Source of the DNA: Centroscyllium fabricii | Taxonomy: Eukaryota | Direction of reading: 5' to 3' | DNA: 64,000 nt | Assembly: GCA_051313645.2 (NCBI GenBank) | Contig: JBNRSN020000005.1 | Span: 221,712,001 to 221,776,000 of the forward strand | Part shown: piece after piece, positions 12,801-21,176 of the stretch | Position numbering within the stretch: position 1 is the first letter of the stretch | How the letters are laid out: every line of letters begins with the position of its first letter | Translations under genes and position numbers: made by a program | The notes under the pieces: model-generated | What the model saw: the letters and a program-made list of their open reading frames with translations, nothing else | Told to the model about the DNA's origin: nothing | Database searches by the model: none

Positions 12801-14710
12801 AGCGTGACGGAGCAGTAGCCGGTGACGTCCGCGGTGTGGGACTGTGAAGCTAGGGAGACTTGGTAGTTGGTGGGCAGGACCTGCAGTCCGCAGCGCCGCA
12901 CTGTATCAGGGTGAACGAAACTCTCAGTGCTGCCTGTGTCGAAAAGGCAGTCGACAGTATGATTATTAATGGTAATCGGCATTATTGAGTTAGACAGGGT
13001 ATGGGGCCTGCCCTGGCTAACTCTGATTCTGGCTGCCGCAGCCCCTGCTGATCGGGGCTGTGCACAAGATGGCGGCACCCCTGGCTCGCACATGGTGGAG
13101 CCCTGGGTACAAGATGGCGTCGCCCCTGGCCCGCAGCTGGTGGGGCCCCGTATACAAGATGGCGTCGCCCCTGGCTCGCACATGGAGGGGCCCTGGGTAC
13201 AAGATGGCGTCGCCCCTGGCTCGCACATGGAGGGGCCCTGGATACAAGATGGCGTTGCCCCTGGCTCGCACGTGGAGGGGCTCTGGTTGCAAAATGGCGT
13301 TTCTGAGGGGACGCACGCGGTGGGGCCCTGTGAACGCGCTGGCGGCGCCCGTGATTCGCACGCAGCGAACCGCGGTGATCGGGTTGGCAGTGCCCGTGAT
13401 TCGCACGCAGCGGGCCGCGGTGGTCGGTTTGGCGGTGCCCGTGATTCGCACGCAGCCGGCCGCGTTGGGGGGTCGCGCTTGGCCGGCCTTTGCTGCATCA
13501 GGGTGGGGGATGGGGGCGCTTGTTGTTTACCCCCGTACCGTCGCTGGATCGCGCTGCTATTGCAGCTTACCTGGTGTCTGTCGGTGCTCTCACAGGCTGC
13601 ACTGTTGTACCTTGAGTTGGGCGCTGCTGGAGCTGATCTGCAGGCTTTAGCGTAGTGTCCCTTCTTTGCACATTTCTCACAGGTCGCTGTCCTGGCTGGG
13701 CATTTAGCTCTAGGGTGCAGTCCCTGGCTGCAGAAGTAACAGCGCTTGTTTTTAGTGTCTTTAGTGGCCGTCGCGGCCATCGTGGGGGCCTCGGCCCGTG
13801 GTGCCCAGGCCTGGGCCTGTTGTGGCGCGGCCCATATGTTGTAGGCTTGCGGGTTAGTGCCGCTGTACGCCTGTAACTTGCTACGGGCCCCCTCTACCGA
13901 TTTGGCTATCGTAGTCGCCTCCTCGAGGGATAAATTGTCTCTCTCTAGTAGCCGCTGACGGGCTTCCACACACCTCAGTCCTGTAACATAAGCGTCCCGA
14001 ACGAGGAGTTCTTCCTCCTCTGCAACAGTTGTGCCTTTGCAGCCACAGGCCCGTACCAGGGCCAGGAGCGCTTGCTCAAACTCCTCATTTGACTCACCCG
14101 GTAGCTGAGATCTGGTCGCCAGCACATGTCGGGCGTAGACCGAATGGACCGGGCGCTCGTAACATTTCTTCAAAATTTGTATAGTCCCTTCGTAGGTTGA
14201 GGCGTTCCTGACGAGGCTGAATACCCTGCTGGAGATCCTCGATCGTAGGACATGCAGCATGTCCTTGTCTGATGTAGCCTTGGCGGCGTCCATGTAGGCC
14301 TCCAGAAGGCCGAACCAGTGTTCGTAGGTAGCGGGAGCAGCAGGGTCCTGGGGACTGATGTCCAGCTTCTCAGGTTTAACTGTGCTGCTCTCCATTTTAA
14401 AATAATTTAGTAATTAAAATTGACGTATCGTCAAGGTCTTCAATTAAAAGAGTCGACGCGTAGTTACCGAAACTAAAGGCTTTTAATTACTAAAGAACGG
14501 AGCTACTCTCCAGACGAACTACTGTACAGGAATGGAGGAGCCTCGGTCAGACCACACCTATATCGGGGCCTCACCTGGGGGAGGAGTCGGGGGTGTGGCT
14601 GACCTGGCTCCCAACAGAGTCACAGTAAATAGGGCTGTGCCTAACATCTGCACAGCCCATCATTAGCCATAGTGGAACAGTGGTATAACGGACATAGAAT
14701 GGTTACCACA
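9854..14710 (-). mobile_element. full-length Gypsy LTR retrotransposon (element 1), intact and young
   Basis: 290-bp LTRs (9854-10143, 14421-14710) with 3 differences by eye; TG..CA termini; perfect 5-bp TSD GTACC; purine-rich PPT AAGAATGGGTGAA. Confidence 0.97.
10145..14395 (-). CDS. Gag-Pol polyprotein (1416 aa): Gag with two Zn knuckles, protease, RT, RNase H, integrase
   Basis: CYFCSQGLHPRAKC and CEKCAKKGHYAKAC; LFDTGS; DLKSAYHQ..VPFG..YLDN; ESDASD..EKEAQA..TDQ..DALSR; HHCC plus DFKGP/SDRG/ERENG. Single uninterrupted ORF. Confidence 0.97.
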   Translation of the reverse strand: MESSTVKPEKLDISPQDPAAPATYEHWFGLLEAYMDAAKATSDKDMLHVLRSRISSRVFSLVRNASTYEGTIQILKKCYERPVHSVYARHVLATRSQLPGESNEEFEQALLALVRACGCKGTTVAEEEELLVRDAYVTGLRCVEARQRLLERDNLSLEEATTIAKSVEGARSKLQAYSGTNPQAYNIWAAPQQAQAWAPRAEAPTMAATATKDTKNKRCYFCSQGLHPRAKCPARTATCEKCAKKGHYAKACRSAPAAPNSRYNSAACESTDRHQVSCNSSAIQRRYGGKQQAPPSPTLMQQRPAKRDPPTRPAACESRAPPNRPPRPAACESRALPTRSPRFAACESRAPPARSQGPTACVPSETPFCNQSPSTCEPGATPSCIQGPSMCEPGATPSCTQGPSMCEPGATPSCIRGPTSCGPGATPSCTQGSTMCEPGVPPSCAQPRSAGAAAARIRVSQGRPHTLSNSIMPITINNHTVDCLFDTGSTESFVHPDTVRRCGLQVLPTNYQVSLASQSHTADVTGYCSVTLTVKGRVYRNFKLYTLQQLCAPALLGLDFQCHFRSVTMEFGGTLPPLTVSSRDNLFPKRSPACGLSTLKIDPRSLFANFDPKCKPIATKSRRYSEGDRTFIRSEVGRMLKEGIIEASTSPWRAQVVVVKSGEKQRLVIDYSQTINRYTGLDAYPLPRISEMVNQIAQYKVFSTIDLKSAYHQLPIRKADRPYTAFEANGRLYHFLRVPFGVTNGVSVFQREMDRMVDQNDLQATFPYLDNVTICGHDQQDHDANLAKFLATAAKLDLTYNKDKCVFNTARLAILGYVVENGLLGPDPQRMRPLQELPLPHNPKALRRCLGFFSYYAQWVPQFADKARLLLKAAVFPLSVEAQTAFARIKEDIIKATMLAVDESIPFQVESDASDFALAATLNQAGRPVAFFSRTLQGPETRHSVVEKEAQAIVEAVRYWRHYLAGKRFTLLTDQRSVAFMFNNKQRGKIKNDKILRWRIELSTYEYDILYRPGKLNEPPDALSRGTCASAQLDRLKDLHDRLCHPGVTRLAHFVKSRSLPYSITEIKAMTRECPVCAECKPHFFRPDTAHLIKATRPFERLSVDFKGPLPSTDRNSYFLTVVDEFSCFPFAFPCPDMTSATVIKHFTALFAIFGLPSYIHSDRGSSFMSDELRQFLLHRGVATSRTTSYNPRGNGQVERENGIIWKAVTLALKSRGLPVSHWQAVLPDALHSIRSLLCTATNATPHDLIFSFNRRSTSGTALPPWLTTPGPVLLKRHVRSHKTDPLVDKVQLLHANPHYAFVQFPDRREDTVSIRDLAPAGNTTTAPPAGQQADQPPDARWPPSFPDYDPDGGDQPSPPPPEVTAPADAGHLTQEAPPPTPERRRSSRQTRPPDRLIMNCSTHSPPPGLKVFKNG

Positions 14711-15488
14711 GTACCGTGAGTGTGAGCATAGATAGAGAGGGAGAATGGGTAAGGTTGCTTGGAGGTGATGGGCAAGTGGGATGTGGAGGAAGGTAGAGGT
14801 GAAGAGAAGGTGTGGTGAGGAGAGGTGAGGGGGATGAGATTGAGGGTGAGGGGAAATGAATACTTACTCTGGCAGTGCGATGAAGGTCATGCAGTCGCTT
14901 GCGACACTGCAGCCAGGACCGGGGTGTTGCGCCCAAGGAGCTGACCCCCTCAGCCACCTGCTTCCATGCAGCCTTCGTCTGTGAGGGAGGTCTCTTCCTC
15001 CCTGAGGAGGGGAAGAGAACCTCCCTATGGGTAGTTGCCCCCTCGAGCAATGCGTCGAGAGATGCATCGTCAAATTTGGGGGCGGGTCGTCCCCTGGCGC
15101 TGGCCGCTGCAGCACCCTCACGCTCTGCCATCCTGCTCAAGTTTGCAGAGCTGTGAGCAGTGCAGGAGGCGAGCTGTTTTTTTAAAGAAAACCCGAATCC
15201 TGACGTCATACTGTGTGACTTTCTGACTGGAAATCGGTGATTGGGAGGCTTCCCACATGTGGGGAATTAATTGGATCGTTGGAGGAAAATTGCGTGGGAA
15301 ACCCCGCCACCTAATTGGGCGGGCCAAAAACCCGCCCCACCCAATTCCCGCCAGTTTCCCGCCATTAGACGAAAATTCCCCCCATATAGTCTGGATTCCG
15401 GAACATTTTACGGATTACAGACGACCCTGCCACCAATCGTCCCAGAGTCCGGATTCTGGAACTCCGGATTTTGGGCTCTCAACCTGTA

Positions 15489-16110
15489 CAGTATAAAATG
15501 CTAGTTAGGCCACAGCTAGAGTACTGCATACAGTTCTGGTCACCACATTACAAGGAAGGTGTGATTGCACTAGAGAGAGTACAGAGGAGATTTGCGAGGA
15601 TGTCATAGAGTCATAATGACACAGAAGGAGGCCATTCAGCCCATTGGGTCTGTGCCGGTTGCCAGGACTGGAGAATTTTAGCTATGAGGAAAGATTGGAT
15701 AGGGTTGTTTTCTTTGGAATAGAGGAGGCTGAGGAGAGATATAATTGAGGTGTATAAAATTATGAGGGGCCATGGTAGAGTGGCTAGGAGGACCTTTTTC
15801 CCTTAGCGGAGATGTCAATAACCAGGGGGTATAAATTTATAGTAATTGGCAGAAAGATTAGAAGGGAGTTGAGGAGAACCTATTTCACCCAGAGGGTGGT
15901 GGGGGTCTGGAACTCACTACCTGAAAGGGTGGTAAAGGCAGAAACCCTCATTACATTTGAAAAGTACTTGGATATGCACTTGAAGTGCCATAACCTACAG
16001 GGCTACAGACCAAGAGCTGGAAAGTGGGATTAGGCTGGGTAGCTCTTTTTTGGCTGATATAGACACGATGGGTGAATGGCCTCCTTCTGTGACGTAAATT
16101 TCTATGATTC
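15489..16110 (+). mobile_element. CR1 LINE 3' end (right half of the element split at 4957)
   Basis: FTQRVVGVWNSLPERVV motif and a 3' tail ..gaatggcctccttctgtg..ttctatgattc. Confidence 0.85.
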
Positions 16111-16420
16111 GATTCACAAAGAGTGACCAACGTGCGGAATAATCTTCCGGATATTCGTATGGAAACATAAACCCTAGAATCATTTAAGAAAGAAATGGTT
16201 GTTACAATGGTTCATGGTGGGGGCAGTGGGGGTTAGATCTCTGAGAAGTGAATCACATTTCATTCAGAAAACACAGTACACTCGCGACACATTACACTTT
16301 ATAAAATAGGCACAGCGACGTGCAGGAGGGGAGGTCAGGTACCTGCATTTACATCCAACTCAGGCCGATGGGATGAAAGGTTCTTCCCTGGGAGTGTTTG
16401 ATGGGACAGTGTAGAGGCAG

Positions 16421-19400
16421 CTTTGGAGCTATACTCCGAACGAACATCCAGAACCAAATGAGGGAGCCCGGCCAGTCCTCACCTATAAAGGGCCTCACCT
16501 GGGGGAGGAGTTAGAGGTGTGGCTGACCTGGCTCCACGACAGTGTTGCAAACATGATAACAGAACAGCCAATATTGGCGACAATATTGCAGTGGTAAAAC
16601 TATGTATAATAACGGTTACCACATTCACCCCTTCTTGAAAATTTAAGTCCGGCGGGGTGAATGTACAGAGCAGTTCATTATAAGTTTGTCCGGCGGTCGC
16701 GTCTGTCTGGAGGACCGCCGGAGCTCTGGCAGAAGTTCATTATGTTCCGTCCCGCTCGGGTCCGGTGGTGGTGATGGTGGCGCTGGTGCCGAAACTTCGG
16801 ATGCTGGTGGCCTCGGTTGATCTGAGCCATCGGAATGGTGGTCGTGGGCCGCCCACGGCTGGGGCTCTGGATACCTCGGAGGCCACTGTAGATGCAGGGG
16901 GTGTTCAAAATACCGTGGCTGGGCGGGCTGCTGCCCGACCAGTGGCTCTGCTGTGGTGCTCCCGGCGGGGGCTAGGTCCCTGATGGAGACGGTGTCCTCG
17001 CGCCCGTCCGGGAACTGTACGTAGGCGTATTGGGGATTCGCATGCAGGAGCTGCACCTTGTCCACCAGGGGGTCGGTCTTGTGGCCATGGATGTGCTTTC
17101 TAAGGAAGACCGGCCCCGGTGTCGTGAGCCATGGAGGAAGAGCTGTCCCCGAAGTCGACTTCCTGGGAAAGGAAAACATCAAGTCATGAGGGGTGGCGTT
17201 AGTGGCCGTACATAAAAGAGAGCGTCTCTAATGCAGCGCGTCTGGGAGGACTGCCTGCCAATGGGCCACTGGAAGGCCTCTAGACTTCAGAGCCAGGGTG
17301 ACCGCCTTTCAGATGATCCCATTCTCCCTTTCTACCTGGCAGTTTCCCCGGGGGTTATAACTGGTCGTTCTGCTCGAGGCAACCCCTTTCTGGAGCAGAA
17401 ACTGACGCAGTTCGTCGCTCATGAACGACGACCCCCGGTCGCTATGGATGTAGCTGGGGAGACCGAAAATGGCGAACAGTGTGGTGAAGTGTTTTATCAC
17501 CGTTGCGCTCGTCATATCTGGGCAGGGGAAGGCGAAGGGGAAGCAGGAGAACTCATCTACGACCGTGAGGAAGTGTGAGTTGCGGTCGGTGGTGGGGAGG
17601 GGGCCTTTGAAGTCCACGCTTAGACGTTCAAAGGTGCGGGTGGCCTTAATGAGGTGCGCCGTGTCTGGCCGGAAAAATTGGGGTTTGCACTCGGCGCAGA
17701 CAGGGTACTCTCGGGTCATAGCCTTGATCTCCGTGATGGAGTAGGGGAGGCTACGGGACTTAACGAAATGGGCGAGTCTGGTGACACCCGGGTGACAGAG
17801 GCGATTGTGGAGATCCTTCAGCCGGTCTAGCTGGGCACTGGCGCACGTTCCCCTGGACAGTGCGTCCGGGGGTTCATTGAGTTTACCTGGTCGGTAAAGA
17901 ATGTCATACTCGTAAGTCGAGAGCTCGATCCGCCACCGCAGGATCTTATCATTCTTGATCTTACCCTTCTGTTTATTATTAAACATAAACGCCACCGACC
18001 GTTGGTCGGTGAGAAGGGTAAAACGCTTACCGGCCAGGTAATGACGCCAGTAGCGCACGGCCTCCACGATGGCCTGGGCCTCCTTTTCCACTGCAGAGTG
18101 GCGAATTTCGGGTCCCTGTAAGGTGCGGGAGAAAAACGCTAGGGGCCTGCCTGCCTGATTCAGGGTGGCGGCAAGGGCAAAGTCCGAAGCGTCACTCTCC
18201 ACCTGGAAAGGGATGGATTCATCAACGTCGTGCATGGTCGCCTTGATAATATCTTCCTTTATCCGGGCGAATGCCATTTGGGCTTCTACCGAGAGGGGGA
18301 AGACGGCAGCCTTGAGGAGTGGTCTAGCCTTGTCCGCAAACTGTGGGACACATTGTGCGTAATAGGAGAAAAATCCTATGCATCTCCTCAAGGCTTTGGG
18401 GTTGTGAGGTAGGGGCAGTTCTTGTAGGGGGCGCATATGCTGTGGGTCGGGGCCGAGGACCCCGTTCTCCACCACGTATCCGAGGATGGCGAGCCGGTCT
18501 GTATTAAAGACGCATTTGTCCTTGTTATACGTAAGGTCCAGCTTTTCCGCCGTGTCAAGGAATTTGGCCAGATTGGCATCGTGGTCCTGCTGGTCATGGC
18601 CGCAGATGGTCACGTTGTCCAGGTAATGGAAGGTGGCCCGCAACCCGTTCTGGTCAACCATGCGGTCCATCTCCCGTTGGAATACCGACACTCTGTTGGT
18701 CACGCCGAAGGGGACCCGGAGGAAGTGGTAGAGCCGACCGTTCGCCTCGAAGGCGGTGTACGGGCGGGCGGCTTTCCGGATCGGGAGTTGGTGATACACC
18801 GACTTAAGGTCGATCGTGGAGAACACCTTATATTGGGCGATCTGGTTGACCATGTCCGAGATGCGGGGGAGGGGGTAGGCGTCGAGCCCGGTGTAGCGGT
18901 TAATAGTCTGGCTGTAGTCAATAACCAGCCGCTGTTTCTCGCCAGTCTTCACCACTACTACCTGGGCCCGCCAGGGGCTGGTGCTGGCTTCAATTATCCC
19001 CTCCTTCAGCATACGCCCGACCTCCGACCTGATAAACGTGCGATCCCCCACACTGTACCGCCGACTCTTAGTAGCAATAGGCTTGCAGTTGGGGTCGAGG
19101 TTGGCGAACAGTGAGGGGGGGGTCGATTTTCAGGGTGGAGAGGCCGCAGGCCGGGCTCCGCTTTGGGAAGGGACTGTCCCGGCTACTGACGGTGAGGGGG
19201 GGCAAGGTCCCGCCGAACTCCATTGTCACGCTCTTGAGGTGGCACTGGAAATCCAGACCTAGTAAGGCTGGGGCACACAACTGCTGGGGGGTGTACAATT
19301 TAAAATTACGGTACACGCACCCCTTGACTGTGAGCGTGACGGAGCAGTAGCCGGTGACGTCCACGGTGTGGGACTTTGAAGCAAGGGAGACTTGGTAGTT

Positions 19401-21176
19401 CGTGGGCAGGATCTACAGTCCGCAGCGCTGCACTGTATCGGGGTGCACAAAGCTCTCCGTGCTTCCAGTGTCAAATAGGCAATCGATAATATGGCCGGTT
19501 ATTTTAATAGGCATTATCGAATTCGACAGAGTGTGTGGCCTGTCCTGGTCCACTCTGGGTATGGCTGAGGCCGACGTGTACTTTTGTGTGTGGGGGCCCC
19601 CTGCTGGTTGGGGCTGTACACAAAATGGCAGCGCCCCTGGCTCGCACATGGTGGGGCCTTGGAGACAAAATGGCGGCGCCCCTGGCTCGCATATGGTGGG
19701 GCCCTGGGGACAAAATGGCGGCGCCAAGGGGTCGCACATGGTGGGCCGCTGGAGTCGAGATGGCGGCGCCCGTGGTTCGCATGCGGCTGACCGCTGTGAG
19801 CGCGCTGGCGGCGCCCGTGGTTCGCACGCAGCGGGCCGCGGTGACTGGGTTGGTGGTGCCCGTGGTTCGCACGCAGCGAGCCGCGGTGGTCGGGTTGGCG
19901 ATGCCCGTGATTCGCACGCAGCCGGTCGCGTTGGGTCTGCTGCTGGCGTTGGGGGGTCGCGCTTGGCCGGCCTTTGCTGCAACGGGGTGGGAGATGGGGG
20001 CGCTTTCCTACTACCCCCGGACCGTCGCTGGATCGCGCTGCTATTGCAGCTTACCTGAGGTCTGTCGGAGCTTTCGCAGGCTGCGCTGTTGTACCTGGAG
20101 TTGGGCGCTGCTGGTGCTGATCTGCAAGCCTTTGCATAATGTCCCTTTTTGGCGCACCTCTCGCAGATCGCGGTCCTTGCTGGGCATCTCGCTCGCGGGT
20201 GCAGTCCCTGGCCGCAGAAATAGCAGCGTTTGTCCTTTGTGGCTGTCGCAGCCATCGTGGGGGTCTCGACCCGTTGTGGTGCTGCCCAGGCCTGGGCCCG
20301 TTGTGGCGCGGCCCACATGTTGTAGGCCTGTGGGTTTGTGCCGCTGTACGCCTGCAATTTATTGCGTGCTCCTTCAACGGAGTTAGCTATGGCGATCGCC
20401 TCTTCCAGAGACAAAGAGTCTTTTTCGAGCAGCCGCTGGTGGGCTTCCACGCACCTCAGGCCAGTTACATACGCATCTCGGACGAGGAGGTTCGCCTCCT
20501 CATCTGCTGTCCGGGCTTGGCAGCCACAGACCCGTACCAGGGCCTGGAGCGCTTGCTAAAACTGTTCATTGGTCTCACCCGGTAGTTGTGGTCTGGTCGC
20601 GAGCACATGTCTGGCGTAGACCGAATGGACCGGGCGCTCGTAGCATTTCCTCAGCTTTTCCACTGCCCCTGGGTAGGTTTTGGCGTCTCGGATGAGGGAG
20701 AATACTCGGCTGGAGATCCTAGACCGGAGAACCTGTAACTTGTTCCCGTCAGTTGTAGCCTTGGCGGTGTCCATGTAGGCCTCCAGGAGACCGAACCAGT
20801 GTTCGAATGTGGTGGCGGCGGCTGGGTCCTGTGGACTGATATCCAGCTTTTCTGGCTTTACTGCACCGCTCTCCTATTCAAAATTTTGAAGTTATTAAAA
20901 TTGACGTATCGTCAATATCTCTTAATAAAAGACTAGACGAGTAGTTACCGTAACTATAGGCTTTTAATAACTTACTTTGGAGCTACCCTCCGAATGAACA
21001 TCAGAACAGAATGAGGGAGCCTCGGTCAGTCCTCACCTATAAAGGCCTCACCTGGGGGAGGAGTTAGAAGTGTGGCTGACCTGGCTCCACGACAGTGTTA
21101 CAGGCTGTGTATCACACACAGCCAATTGTTGGCAACAATAATGCAGTGGTAAATATACATAATATGGGTTACCACA
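16421..21176 (-). mobile_element. Gypsy element 2 (same lineage as element 1), frameshifted; 3' LTR truncated (16421-16623), 5' LTR 20902-21176
   Basis: ORF pieces 20556-20774, 19413-20450, 19068-19364, 17309-19051 and 16643-17182 are collinear with and highly similar to the element-1 polyprotein. Confidence 0.95.

Larger units (their letters stand above)
8262..15131 (-). pseudogene. Harbinger Myb/SANT-like DNA-binding protein gene, spliced (exon 1 15131-14868; exon 2 from 9661; exon 3 from 9344), probable frameshift near 8950-9030
   Basis: Exon 1 encodes PAPKFDDASLDALL...AWKQVA...RSWLQCRKRLHDL and ends at a GTAAGT donor (14867). A CAG acceptor at 9662 gives in-frame EKTAANKRHSAGTGGG. Downstream heptad-like repeat MERMATTMERMSS. 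The exon 2 donor is not resolved. Confidence 0.8.
5157..15383. mobile_element. Harbinger/PIF DNA transposon (two-gene architecture, now defective)
   Basis: 15-bp TIRs GGGGGGAATTTTCGT / ACGAAAATTCCCCCC; convergent transposase and Myb/SANT genes. TSD not resolved. Confidence 0.9.
4958..15486. mobile_element. Tigger/pogo-like MITE (Tc1-mariner superfamily), split by a Harbinger insertion
   Basis: TA|CAGGTTGAGCGTCCCGAATCCGG at 4956-4980 and CCGGATTTTGGGCTCTCAACCTG|TA ending at 15488: imperfect TIRs with a TA TSD. Its own sequence is only ~4958-5152 and ~15384-15486. Confidence 0.85.

Noticed and set aside
10164-20585. Numerous plus-strand ORFs overlapping Gypsy elements 1 and 2
   Set aside because: Antisense shadows of GC-rich Gag-Pol coding sequence, with no recognisable domains.
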